Assembly (NCBI GenBank): GCA_000708835.1
Contig: DF236960.1
Location: 152,982 to 216,981, forward strand
DNA: 64,000 bases
Reading direction: 5' to 3'
Source of the DNA: Klebsormidium nitens
Taxonomy: Eukaryota; Plantae; Klebsormidiophyceae
Shown here: piece by piece, positions 38,601 to 51,545 of the stretch
Layout: each line of letters starts with the position of its first letter
Position numbering within the stretch: position 1 is the stretch's first letter
Translations under genes and position numbers: made by a program
Notes under the pieces: generated by a model
The model's database searches: none
Seen by the model: the letters and a program-made list of their open reading frames with translations, nothing else
Told to the model about the DNA's origin: nothing

Positions 38601-41600
38601 AAACCGTACCATACCTGCAGGTACAAGTGATTGGGAGTCAAGAGTACTTCAACCTGGTAAAGAGTAAAGCCATGGTGAAGGACTCGGTACCCCCTCCCAC
38701 CATCGCCATCTACGCCTGCAACACTATGGCCTTCTTCTTCCCCATCATCACCATGTAAGCCGCCCAGCTTCGAGCCGGTGTGCTCTCCAACTCGGCATTC
38801 GCCTTCTCGGGGAAGTGCACAGTTCATAGTGTCCTTCTTTAACGAGAGAAGTCGATCAGCCGTGAGTGTTTTCTCATTGACGAGCAAGAGTAATCTTTGG
38901 GACCAAAAAGGAGGCCGTACTACGCCGCCACCGCCATGGCCTGGACTCGTATGTCGAGATCGTCATGTTACGAACGCAATTGGGGTCGAAAATTAGTGGC
39001 CCTCATCCTTCTTGCCGTCTCACCGTCAGCAGCTCATTTTCAATCAAACCGCGCCTGGTTACAATGGCACCCAATGCAAACGCCAACATTCATGTCAACC
39101 CAGCACGTCTTTGCCAACCTTTTTCGAGGGTCACCAGTGTTGAGTCAACAAAGAGATCTCCTGACGTCCAGGTACTGTGGCGGCCGCATCGGTGTGGCCC
39201 TGACAACCACCGCGTTCGTGCTGATGATGGTCCTTCTGCTCCAACCCACCAAGCCCCGCTTCTCCCAGTTCACGACCACTGTGTTTGGCCTCTTTTACAC
39301 CAGCTACCTCCCCGTCTTCTGGATCAAGCTCCGGATGCTTAACGCGCCCGCCCTCAATAGCGGTGAGCAGTGACGCGCGCAGTGGTCCTTTGGTTCTGTT
39401 TGGTTTTGTAACGTGCTATCCTCTGGGCTCTCTGACTAAGGTTCATGACTGCATGCGCTGAACGGGACTTTTGGAACAGACATGATCAGTGATCGTGCTC
39501 GGAATCCGCCGCCCATCAATCGTTCACGAGCATCGACAGGTGTCGATTGCGACCGTAGCTTCCAGTTGTTTCTCTGCCTGCAGCGCGACTGAACGACCTG
39601 GACCTTGAACCGTACAAGGATGTGAGCAGTCCTACTAGAACAGACAATCAGGTGGATTAGCAGGTCTCAAGGGACGCATCGAGGTTCTAAGAAACTGGGT
39701 CTCCTAGTAGAGAACCTTCCCCCGTCTTCAATCTATCAGAGACGTTTATCTCCTCACAATCAGATTCCTCGGGCACTCGCCATGCAGGAACTCGCTGGGA
39801 GTTTAGGTTCGAGTGACCATTCGACTGGGCTCCTTCAAGAGCTTGCGGCGGTGACGAGTGCACACTTGATTGTAAAGTGTTCAGGAAGCCTGATGCTGAC
39901 GCCTGTCCTTCGCTGCAGTAATCGTGCGGAATTGGCCGATTCTCCTAGGAGGCCCCGCCCATTGGACGGTGGGGCTGATAGCGACGCTCATCTCCTTTGC
40001 CTGCATAATCGCCGCGGATGTAGGCGCGTACTTCGGGGGGAAGGTGATAGCCATTTGCTTTGGTTTGATGCTTCAGCGCTCCTCAAAAGACGTCACATTT
40101 ATTGTTGGTTTTGGTCTTGGTCTTCCGAGCGCTTCCTGAGTCAAGATGTACGTTCCGGAGATTATGACGGTACCTTGGAAATTGGGTCGGTGAAAAGCTT
40201 GTCAAAACACAAGGTTTGCTCAGGATTATTTGTTAGGCAGGGAAGAACTCTCTTGGGTTTGCTCTCAAACCAGTGCCTTCTCCTTGATATATGTTTTTTG
40301 CGCCACCTAGGAAATACGTCCTGTAGGCGTTCTGTAGGCCGGCTGCAGGGGAATATGAAGCCACTTTTCGTTTCAATCACCATCGGTACTTCGCTGAAAG
40401 ATGCTTTCTTTTTCGACCCTTCTTTGGATGTTTCTGGAACATTGCGGTGATCGATGACAACAAAGAATTGTTGCTTCGCGAGGTCGCACTCACTCTCCCA
40501 AGCTGACGTCACTCTCGCTTCCGCAGACTTTCGGAAAGACGCCGTTGACTGACGTCAGCCCGAAAAAGACGGTAGAGGGGGCCATCATGGGGCTGCTGTC
40601 GTCGATTGTCGTAGCGGTGGCACTGGGGCGGCTCTTTAACTGGCCGGTCTCGATGCTCAGGTAAGCGCACGCCGTTCCTCCCACTGCCTTGTCCAATACC
40701 TTTTCTGTTTCTACCAATGAAAACGCCCTTACTGTTCCTATTTTGGCTTGTGCCTGTTGGATGCCTTCACTTCTTTTTCTTCTGCTTTCTGCTTTCTTTC
40801 GATTCTTGGGTGTGCCGTTATGTTGATATTCCGGTCCCCCCTCTTCTTTGTCATTCTGCTTGAGGGTTTCTCAGGAACGTTCTCGCGAGTGTGCGCCTTT
40901 TCGTGTCACACACCTTCTTCATCTCTCATGCCGCTGGTTCCGAAGTGCTCGTTGCCTTCTGCTGGCCTGATTTCGCCTCCACGAGTTTCAAAGCCGCCCT
41001 GTCCGGTAGTAAGAGCCGCTCGAGGAGCCGTCTATACCACACAATATTTTTGCACAAACCTCATCTGCTAGTGTTCCCATTTTGCTAAGTCCTGTTATTC
41101 TCTGTCATTTTGGTCTGCTTACAGAGCTCCCTCGCTGTCCGTGTGTAGAGCGCCAGTCATAGAGCCGTACATCGTGCTCCCCATGACGTCAGTCAGCGCC
41201 TCAGGATGCTGCCTGTTTGTCCTACTCTTTCCCGTTATCATTGCGGCCGCAACTGTCGTCCTCCCATTCTGGCTCCTGTGGCACGGCGTTCAGCAAATGG
41301 TCGCGAGCGTTGTATTTGCAGTAACCAGCATCACGCCGTGAGTTGCATTGGTGGGGCCTCCCAATTTCCATTCTAAGGCCCGCGGTGTCCATTTTTTGGG
41401 GTTTGAGTGTCGGGGTTTTGAGTGTCTCGCGTCGGGATTGTGCGGGCTCAAGAGGATCTTGACGGACTCTCGTAAGTCGTAGGCAGAGCCGCATGCCTCC
41501 GTTGCGTTCTGCGTCAATTGAAAACTGCTAGGCTTGCCAGCTTCGCATCTTCGGTTTTCATACGGCTTTGCAGATTACCGCTCCAGCTGAATCGTGTACT

Positions 41601-43259
41601 AGGTCTGTACTTTTCATACTGCGTGATTGATCAACGCGTTGTCATTGGTCCTGAGGACCGCAGATGAGCGCTCACTCAATCCGGGCGAAGCGGAATCTTA
41701 CCCTTCACAGGAATCTGGTCATCCAGAGAGAATTTGACGGTCCGAGACTTTAGTAGAGTTCCTGCAATCGTTGTCTTTCTTCTTGTCAGTCGCGCTCACA
41801 AAAACCGTGGTGGAGAATCTTGGCAGATGAAAAAGTCCTTGGCGTGTGAGTACGTGAGAAGAAGAATACTGATGGCTAAGCAAAGAGACTTTCCAAAAGC
41901 ATCCTGGGCTCTCACAGAATCTTGGCTTATGGACTACTGAGCTTTTCTTTTGTTTCTTGCTTGCCGACAATTAGGTGCTTTGCAAGCTCTGAGGAACGAG
42001 GCCTTGCAACGCCCTTCTTCTTGATTGGACCCCCTCGCCCTCGGCGTGACTTGGTCTTGGTTTTACTGGCTTAGTCGAGTAGATTGGTCTTCAGTTTCGC
42101 TGTTGGGGTCGAAGTCTTCGCCCCCTCTTTTCTTTTCGTGCCAAGATTGTATGGAACCTGAGATTCAGGAAGGGACCGCCCTGGTTTCGAAAAGCGCAGA
42201 CCAACTATGTGATGTTTTCTTTCGCCAATCAGTGCCTTGCTTTCCAACGTGAACATTCTCGCCTGCAACTACAAAAGCAAAGCGTTGCCATAATTGGAAA
42301 ATGGACCGGGAAAAGCAGCGACCACGACGGTTGGTTGCCTGCTTTTCCGTCGCCCTTGGGCGACCATTTCCGGAGTTACTTTCTGACTCGCTTCTCCAAA
42401 CAAAGGGAACGGCGCTCATGGAATTGTCCTTCCTTGCCCAGTTCGGCCACTCTCGCAACGCTCATCTTCATCGCCAGCCTGTTCGGCGACCTGACCGAGT
42501 CCATGATAAAACGGGACGCGGAAGTCAAGGACTCGGGCGACCTCATCCCAGGCCATGGTGAGAACCGCGTCGATGCATCACAAAGATATCAGGGTTCTGA
42601 GGTTTGCAGCTTAGATACTTCGGATATTTTTGGTGCTCGCAGCGCGTCGCCAGCGTGTTTGATGAATTGACGGATCCCGTTACTTTGACGATTAACCTGG
42701 GCTTGGAATAGATCATCTTGGTAACCTTGTGGCGGCTGTAAAATCAATCGAGGAGATTGCGCGCTGAACGAAACGGTCACGCTGACTAGCGCTTGGTTGT
42801 ATGCTGTTTTCAATTGTCTCGTGGGCTTTTGTTTGCATGTCATTTGGTCGCTCAAAAACTGTTTCTTTGCACTCCGTTTTCAATTTATCCGTTACAAATT
42901 CACTAGTATGTGCTCAGAGTCGTAGTTGCAATCTCAGCAGAGAGTCTTAGTCGGAGTAACAGAACAGCAAGGCGAACAATGTGAAGTCACATGTGCCCAG
43001 AATCAAACCTTGAGACAATTTGCGGATGATAGTCGTAATCTACGATGCTGAAATACCAACGTGCTGTTTCTGATACGGAGATTGTCAGAGATACTTTCCG
43101 TTTGCTTTGAGGCTGTTCCGAATCCAGCATCTTGCCTTAAGCTGTCTACCCATCTTTCGCCTTGCAGGGGGCATTCTCGATCGGGTTGATAGTTACGTCT
43201 TTACAGGGGCGCTAGTGTACTCGTTCGTTAAACTTGGACTTCCATTATTTGGACTATGA
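35662..43259 (+). CDS. CDS4: Phosphatidate cytidylyltransferase (CDP-DAG synthase), plastid CDS4/CDS5-like, ~438 aa, 8 exons
   Basis: Exons 35662-36009, 37653-37829, 38621-38754, 39172-39362, 39919-40043, 40527-40660, 42442-42557, 43168-43259; phase-consistent. Signature FGKTPLTDVSPKKTVEG...[30 protein letters not shown], also ADVGAYFGGK. S/R/A-rich N-terminal transit-peptide-like extension. Confidence 0.95.
38382..38620 (+). pseudogene. Two decayed copies of the start of CDS exon 3
   Basis: AQVTGTQECFDLAKSRVMEKG (38382, acceptor mutated to CGG) and VQVIGSQEYFKVVKSKAMVKDS (38509, intact CTGCAG) precede the real VQVIGSQEYFNLVKSKAMVKDS (38621). Confidence 0.9.
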
Positions 43260-44739
43260 TCATAGTAACTACTTTCTTTGACTTTCTGTAGTGCGGAACA
43301 CGAGAGGCTTTGCCTCAATACATGAGACGATTGAAGAGCTACGTCTCTCGAGATGCTGGTACTTAGGCTCAGGCTCTTGGCTTGGAAACCTAGTCCGATC
43401 AATTGATTTGAAGAGCGCCGCATGCTACATGCAAGCATGCCCTGCTTCGACCTCCATTGTTAGCTAGTATCATACCATGTCGTTTGAACAATGGAAACGA
43501 AAGCCTGGCATTGAAGAACGACAAATGTTATCACAGTATGCTACTATAGTATGGGTCAGGCGCATCGTCCGCTACTAGTCTCTCTTTGTAGAACTTAATG
43601 ACGTACCGTTGGCCCGGCCGTGGGATACTGCATCATTACAACCCTTCAACTTACTCATGACTAAGGCCGCCACGCGCAGGCTGCATGGCCGCCGTGGCAC
43701 CATGAGTCATTTGAAAGCGCATGCATGCATATTTTAGGCGCCGCAGATTCAATTCCACATGTATTTTATAAACGTAGACGACAATAACTTAGACCAGCAT
43801 CAGCTAGACTCACATATATATCTACATATATGCACGTGTAATTCCGCCCTGCAACTTACTCATCTTTCACTCTAGCAACTCATGAAATTTGACAGACTTG
43901 GTACCCGTACGTACCCCACGCGACTAATCATGGTGCCATAGTAAAACCAACGCTGCGCTGCAATTATTCGGGCCATGGTCAATCAAACTGATCAGTGATG
44001 GCGTGACGCCGGCATCGGCGGCCCTTGCTTGCGCAAATTTCAGTGCAACCAATACTTGTCGCTGAGTCTGACCAGAACTAGCCAGGCTAGAGCTGGTCAG
44101 CCAAGTCGGAAGTCACCATTGAATCAACCAATCTACCAAGATCGATTACTTTGGCCGGCAGCGGTGGTGCTCAGTGTGTTCTGCAAGGTTCTGATTCGGA
44201 TGATACGATCGTGCGACGGTCTGGTCCCGGCAGCGGCGCGACCGCGCGCCGCCGCAGGGGCACATATGTTCGGACATGGCATGTTACTGTAAAGCAGCTA
44301 CTGTAGTTGCACCGGCTTCAGATCGTGAACATAGGAGCTCCGACTACGGTCCCAGCCTGGCAGGATGTCGCATGATGGGGTTATTGAGTCTTCTTCGGTC
44401 CTGCCAAGCATCAATCTGATGTGTTTATACGCGATGGAATCCATGGTGAACGATCGCTTATGATGCTCTCCGGAACAAGGACCACGTATCTGGCTGCATC
44501 AGTGCAAATGGCGCAGCATCGAGTGATATGCAACGCGGTCGAGGCTGCTCCTACCAATCCTTCGGCCGGGAAGGCAAAAGCGCTGGCAGAACCAAATCTC
44601 TACACATGACATACGTCGTCAATTCTGCTCATTTAGTCCCCCTTCCTGTCAGGCCTGCGCGATGACAGTCGCCACAGTTGCCGAAGCGCCTGATAGCTTA
44701 GGCTAAACGGCGGTAGTGCCAAAGCCTTGCCCTTGACGG

Positions 44740-45070
44740 CGCCTCCGGTGCCCTTAACCCGCGTTAACCCGCGCACACGGTGCGCTCACGTCACGAGACC
44801 GTCCTGGCCGGGTTCGCACCGATCTGCGCGCGCGCGTCGGAGGACCGTCCTGGCCGATGTGCGCAGATGTGTGCGCGCGTGTCAATGGACCTTCCTGGCC
44901 GGTTCGCACCGTCCTGCGCGCGCGCCCCCCTCCCTCCCATTTTCGCCGGGCCGCTGGCGTGCGCCGCGACCGTGCGGCGCATCGATCACGGACGTGTCCC
45001 CAAAGTGAGGGAGCAAGGTCCCGCCGACGGCTTCTAGGAGAAGGCGTCACCACGTCACGCATCCGCGAAT
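44740..45070. repeat. GC-rich block with GACCGTCCTGGCCG / GGTTCGCACCG repeats, possible TE subterminal region
   Basis: gacc(g/t)tcctggccg x3, ggttcgcaccg x2 and (CG)n runs. Confidence 0.55.
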
Positions 45071-48000
45071 ATTAGAGATGTACGAAACTGCGCAAAAGGG
45101 AAACGGAGGTTACATTGCTCATTTTTCCTGGGAAGGTCTACAGCTGGCATGGCTTCGACGTGCCATCGCGAAAACTTGGAGATCCAAAGTGGGATGTGAG
45201 AGACCGGTCGATCGATAACGGCAAGACAGGTAGTTCAATGATGAAAGAAAGCGAGCGCTTTGAAGTCTCCGGCACCGTTTCAAAAAAGTAGCCGGGCCGG
45301 AGGAAAGAACATAACACCGGCGAGATTTGTGCTATACACGTGAAAAGCCAGCCGTTGTCAGCTGGCCGCTCCGAAGATAAGCCAAAGGACACCCAATACG
45401 CTATTCTCCAAACCTTTGACAGGCGTGCTTTTTTCCAAAAGGAGCTTTGAGATTGGAACGAGTCTCAGTTCAACCACGAACGGCAGAGTCTGAAAACATC
45501 ACAGAAGTTGTTCTAGTGACGGCCGCGCGCCTGTCATTGCAAAACTGCTTGAGTAGGTTCTAACACTATATTGCTCGATTCCCGGAAGCAGAGTTTTGAG
45601 TCGCACGTGTTGTGCTCACCTGATCCTTACGAGTTGACTGTCTCTGTACGGGCTCGCGGACTTCAAAGTTCGTCTGAAAATGGCGCGCACTTCATCCCTG
45701 TTGCTCGGGTTCCAAGCCGAACGGTATATACGTACATACTGTGACCACTCGGCGATGGTGATGTTGGAATGGCAGGTCTGCAAACGCCGAGACGCCAGGT
45801 TGGCTACAGTCTCCTTCTTGTTGCGCCTCGAACGATCCATCGCAGAGGACGTTCCGTTGCTGGGTTGAACGGTGAAAACTGGAAAGGAAAAGAAGGGCAG
45901 AAGTCTTTGAAGGACAACCGGTAAAAACAAGCTTTTTGAAGATTAGTGACATTACCGCTCTCAAAACAATCTCATGACCTGTTACATCGAGGGATCTTAA
46001 GGCAGTTGGGGACGTCTTTGTTCAATCTGAGTCGCGATGAGCCGGTAGATTGGGACGTTCTCGAGCTCCAGTGCCACTGAACCAAGACAACATGTGATGA
46101 GCGGCAAACAATTAAAGAGCGGCAGAACCGAAGAATCAGCTTGTACAGTTGGCTAATACTTTAATCCGCGCTATAGAAGAAGCTGGTTTGAATTCCTGAC
46201 ATCTTCTTGTTCGTCACGACTTCCAAGGACGCGCTCAAATCGGAGTTCCTCAGGCCAAGGATGAGACTCATGACGTGTGGGCTTTGATATCTGGGTTTGC
46301 TGATATGGAAATTCTCTTGTACCACAGATTGAGCTTATAAGATTCAGAGGAAGGGGCGTATGTGTTGAGCGCCTTTTGCATCCTGATGACTCCTAATACG
46401 GAGCAATGAGCACGTCTTCACAGAACGGTCGGGTAATCTATCGACGAAGGGCAGACTGTTTGCTTAGGCAGCTGAATTGAACCGGTCACTTGTCCAGTGG
46501 AAGGGTACTCATAACCCAGCCTCTGGAAAACCCAATTCCTGCGCGTCATTTCGAGCCAAGCTAGAGCCTTGCGTGGAGTCCAAACCCACTTCTAGTTTTC
46601 GATCATACTGTTGAATTGTACACTGGTCAGACATGCTCGTTTCTCCGTGTCCTTTGTCAAGCGCTCTGTCCTCTTACCTCCGAGTTTTGACCTCTGGTTT
46701 CACCACGGCAGACTAAACAAGAAACAAAAATGGAGCGCTTCAAGATGTTCAGAGAGTGCAATCATGGAAAGAGCTGACCAATCCAGTTGGACACAAGTCC
46801 GAAGAAGAACGTGCCGTGCAGACAGGGTGGTTCTAAATAGGTCGAGGACTGCTTCTACGCCATCAATGGCTTCCCTCTACTTCTTTGTGAGTACGGGACC
46901 GATTCCAAACCTATCTGGTACTTTAGAAGTGGTCTTGGATGACAATCTTTTCTACAGATCACAAAGTCGTCCATTGGTTTCTGGTGGGGCGGGGCTTCGT
47001 ACTAGAAACGAGCAGTGGAAGATCAAAGCCGCTAGAGGGGTCACAGCAGCTCCAATCCCTCGCAATTGCCTTTATTTGTTGCTTGGCTTATAAAGCAAAA
47101 AGCACAAAAGACAGGGCAACGTTTTCAAGAGCATTCCGTTGGGTTGAGGTTCTTCTCCATAAAAGATCCAACCCTCGAGAAGCTTCTTTACTTCTCCTAC
47201 TTGATCTTCGTTTCACTCCTACTTCCTCATCCCTCTACCTCTACCCCTACTGAAAACATGCAAATTACTGGAAAACATTCAGCACCGGACGTTTCTTTCT
47301 GCTCTGTGGCCGGGCTTGGCATTTGGGTTGAGGATCTAGAGAAGCAAGAATAGAATCTGCTAAACTTTTCAAAGCCAATCGTTCTTACCGTCTACTTCTT
47401 TGTTGTGCACGACGTCCGGAACAATCTATCCTTGTCGAGCCCCCTGGATCAAGTGGGCGACTCTGCAAGCACAAGCCGCCGTCAATTGCAAGATCCAGCT
47501 CAACCTGAAGCTCATTGCGCCAGGATCAGTGGGGAATTCCTTGCTTAACTACAAAGACACTGCTTCCCAAGTGTGGGCTGATACCCATGATCCATCCGAT
47601 CAGCCCGGCTTCTCTCTATAAGTCCTCTCCAGCTCTTTGCTTTCTGCCCAACTATTTTCTCCCTTAAGTTTTCCTCCAAGGAACTCAACAGAAATCGAGC
47701 CATGGGCGAACTGTCCATTCTCTGCCAAAAGGAAGACGACTCCGCTGGTTTCCAAAGCCCGGACCGGACGCTCACAGCGGCGCCTCTAATCCGATTATCC
47801 TGATTGCATGCTTTTCTTGCCCACAGAAGCCTTCAATGGTAATCATCTTCCTGCGACGCCTCTGATTCGTCCAATCTGTCCAACGAATATGCTGATTGCA
47901 CCTTTCTGTATCTTGGTCCCCCAACCGTCGTCAGAGCAGTTATGAACGTACATAAGCTATCCGAAAAAGGGGCAGAACACTGGCAACCTCCGGACAGGCT

Positions 48001-48541
48001 TCTTACCCGCCATTTCAATTGAGTCCTGAATAGTTTTCGGAGAACTGATCAATCCTCTCAAGATGCTCTCACCGGCGCAGCTCACACTCTAGTTTCCGAC
48101 TTGTGCCGCGGAGCATTTATGGCTGCTGTCAGATGCAATCCTCAGTTTCCGGTGAAAGCCCGCCGAAGCAAAGACCTTTTTGATGATGGTCATCGGAACC
48201 GAATCATTCATCATCTTGAGGTGGCAAACAAGACTCCAATGCTAAGAGGATCATCATCGTCAGTAGGGACGGGGAGCTGGGAGGGAGAATTGAGCCTTGA
48301 GCTCTAATCGTCTTCAATTTGCAAAACAGGTTCATTAGTTCTCGATCAACAATGCACAATCATACGGAATTGAATGTTGAATCATCAGACGTCTATAACC
48401 TGACGAGTATACCGGTAGCAGGAGCTAAACAATCTCAGCTTCTAAAAGAAGGCACTAGAAAGATATGGAGGAGAATCTGACCAGGTTAGGAGGAGCAGTT
48501 CAGCTCCGCAGTAAGAGATTGACATGCAGATTGATCTGAAC

Positions 48542-48923
48542 CAATGTTCGTGGCGAAACTAATTCTTTTCGCCAATTTGATTTTCGCCAGATTTTCGCCA
48601 TTTAGTGTCTGGGAAGGGAATTTCGCCGGCCTGGCGAAAATGGTCAGGCCGTCAGCCAGTTCTTACATGCTCGGGTGCTCCCACCCGCTTTGACGAATCT
48701 TAACCCTGCTCAGAACCCCGTACTTTACCTTTGCCTTGCACATTTTCAAATGACTCTCCAGAGACAACGGAAAAACTTGGTCGGTACAAGAAGTTTTGGT
48801 GCCGGGACACTCTACCGGCCACAATTGCCGCTGGGATTTTCGCCATTAGTGTCATTTTCGCCAATTAGTGTCTGGGAGCTCCTATTTAGTGTATTTCAAG
48901 ATTTATTTTCGCCACGATCACTG
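48542..48923. mobile_element. Non-autonomous hAT-type MITE (382 bp)
   Basis: Terminal inverted repeats CAATGTTCGTGGCGAAAC / TTTTCGCCACGATCACTG. Perfect 8-bp TSD ATCTGAAC at 48534-48541 and 48924-48931. About nine subterminal TTTCGCC motifs on either strand. An 8-bp TSD with CA..TG ends is characteristic of hAT. Confidence 0.88.
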
Positions 48924-48974
48924 ATCTGAACGTCCTTCTGGCTTGTTCTCCAGCTGCTATACCTGCCAGCTAGC

Positions 48975-49325
48975 TATGCCATCGGAGGTGCTATATACGT
49001 ACGCTGTCATGTGCTTCCGGCTATATGCAGTTCCATACGTCCAAGGCTTGATCAATTGCTTATACATGCTTGACGGCTTTGGAACATCTCTACTGCTCAA
49101 ATGGGGCTGGAACCTCTCTAGTCCTAGCACATGTCCTTAGGGCGGCTGCTACATTTCCCGCCTATACCATCTGAGGGTGCTATAGCTATACGTAAGTCGC
49201 TGTCATGTGCATTCGCCTATATGCAGTTTCATACGTCCAAAGCTTGACCAATTGCTTATGGATGCTTGAGGGCTGTGGAACATCTTTTAAAGCTGCTCAA
49301 GGTCAAAGGAAACAGTAGTCCTAGC
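48975..49325. repeat. Diverged tandem duplication (~185-bp unit x2)
   Basis: cgctgtcatgtgc..ctatatgcagtt(c/t)catacgtccaa(g/a)gcttga(t/c)caattgcttat..atgcttga.ggct.tggaacatct...tagtcctagca occurs twice. Confidence 0.85.
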
Positions 49326-51448
49326 AGCCAAAAAAATGCTTGGAAGACCGTTTCTTCCAGCTGCAATCTCTGATGGCTACTGTTGCCATCACCGGTTTCA
49401 GCTCGCTGACATGGCCAAGACTCTGCGCTTTCCTGCAGTGATCTGCAAGTGTCCCACAGGATGATCTTAGTAACCATTCTATGACGTCTTTGAAGCTTTG
49501 TTGCCAGCTTGATAGGCGTTGTTTCCATTGTAGAATGCTATCATGCATATTCCAGCTCTGAAAAGACCAGAGAGGTAATCGGCTGACGTCATTGACCAGC
49601 TTAGTGCTCACTTGGACGTATCAAAGGAACCGTTCTGATGGGAAGTACTAGAGTCATCTCGCCTCCTGAAATTACGAGCGTACCACTTCACATTCAGCTA
49701 TGAGCTTTCACCGTTTTCCAAGCTGAGAGTCGGAACTGTCGCCTCTCTGAACTCTGAGTACTCTCAGGCTAGCTAGTCTCAGGCGGTTATCGGCTCAAAG
49801 AGTGCGGCCGGCTGTTCGGCGCGGCCGCACCCAACTTGCGCACTGAGGCAACTCATTACTAACTTAGCGGCCGCGTCGGACTCGGCTGGCGGCCGCCCGT
49901 GCGGCCGGCCGCCAAGCTGCCGCCCGCGGGCCGATAAGTTATGACCGTGCAATTATTGCACTTTGGCGAGGGGTCGGAGACTCGCCGCTCGGAGTTGCGA
50001 ATTCCTGACATGCAGCCGGCAAATGCGATGCCTACCGTACGGTATTAGGTGTGCAGCAGGTGGCATGCAACTCAGAGCGACTCACATTGGTGAATCTCCG
50101 GCTGCTAAAGACGACACGAAAATCTCGTTCGGAATAATCACGTTCACGTTGGACTACGGTACCGTATACCCACCTCTTCGACTGAGCGCTCAGGAGTCAG
50201 CGGGGCAAGCCGCAAAAGTTGCGCTTGTGTGGTGCATGATGGACTCCGGGTGCGCCAAATAAGGGACCAGCAAGCATACCGGTCGTACCCTCTGGGACTC
50301 GAAGTCAATAGGCTATCGCCGGCGTCAACTTTTATTTTGTCGCGCCAGAGTTCCGGCATGCATCCCAGCTGGGGGTATCAGGAAAAACAGACTGGGAAGT
50401 CCTAGATGCTTTGATCGTATATGCTCATCTGTTATCGTTTCAAACCGGCTAGGATTTGCCGGTCCTGGCAAGAGCTTATGATCCAAAAGTCGCTGCATGC
50501 AGATCGCGGAGTTGAGTGTACCGTACGTTAGTGTTGTGCCATTGGTACGGTACTCTAGTCCCAATCCGTTGGAGCACAAGGAGAAGTACCTCTAGAGGTA
50601 GAAAATGAGCCTCCTTTGAGCTCCCACCTTTCAATCACAGCTGTACAAATGTCAGGTAATTTTGTTGCAGTACACATTGGCAGTGCTGCGGAACCTTCTA
50701 ATATTGCAGATATTTTTACGAGCTGACATCGGACATAGCGCCTGCAAGCTGACGCAAGCCCGCAAGCTGACGCAACTTGTCTCGAAAGTAACTGCAAATA
50801 AATGCTGGGATACCCCGCGGCTCGCGGCCAGTTCCTCAGCTTGTTGCTCTTCTTGCAGAATACGCAGCCGTTTTTCATAAGAGAATTCAAGCCCTAGAAG
50901 CCCATCGCCTATGAACCTCTATAAGACGCATGCTGGGCATCCAGCTTTACAACGACTCCGAATGCGAGCAGGATATATGTGGGAATATCCAAACCACGTT
51001 CCATCCAAAGACATTGCAAGGGTGACGTTTAACCGAGCTGCTATTCTACCAGTAGTACGCCAAATCACCAACGAAGCTGGAAACTGGTTAAACAAAGCTG
51101 GTAGGAATGATGAAGGCAGCTCAAGGAAGAAGTGTGACTTCCAGCCCACTTCCAGCTGCGGCCTCCGACCATCATAGCATTTCAGCACGCGCAGTACATG
51201 TTGCAACTTGTCTCACATGCAATGGGGGAAATTCGAATATCATTGCGCTTATGATCAGCTCAGCTCTCATAAGCAGAGTCGCTCCCTGCAATGCGGAGTA
51301 GCTGCCACGCAAACGCCCAGCCCTAGACGTGACTGCCCCTTCCTCTATCCTAGCCTTAGAGCTGAATCACAGCCCAGTCTGATAGCATTCCTCTTGCTCT
51401 CAGCTCGGATCCTGCTTCCACATAGGTATACAATCCCCAAACCTGCCC

Positions 51449-51455
51449 TATAAAA
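51449..51455 (+). promoter_or_regulatory. TATA box of the secreted repeat-protein gene
   Basis: CCCTATAAAAC about 95 nt upstream of ATG 51546, which is in a good context (GCCGCCATGG). Confidence 0.7.
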
Positions 51456-51545
51456 CACAATCGCATCCGGCCACATTGCACATTCGCTCAGAACTCCAGC
51501 AGCCAGCTCCCCAGCTCCAGAGGCCACATTCCCCAGCTAGCCGCC

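Noticed and set aside
45070-48500. Possible transposase or gene in the 45-48.5 kb interval
   Set aside because: Only short, stop-interrupted ORFs with no recognisable catalytic motif; no product can be supported.
48550-48915. Cluster of E2F-like sites (TTTTCGCCA)
   Set aside because: The motif does not fit TTTSSCGS and lies inside a TIR/TSD-bounded element, so these are transposon subterminal repeats.
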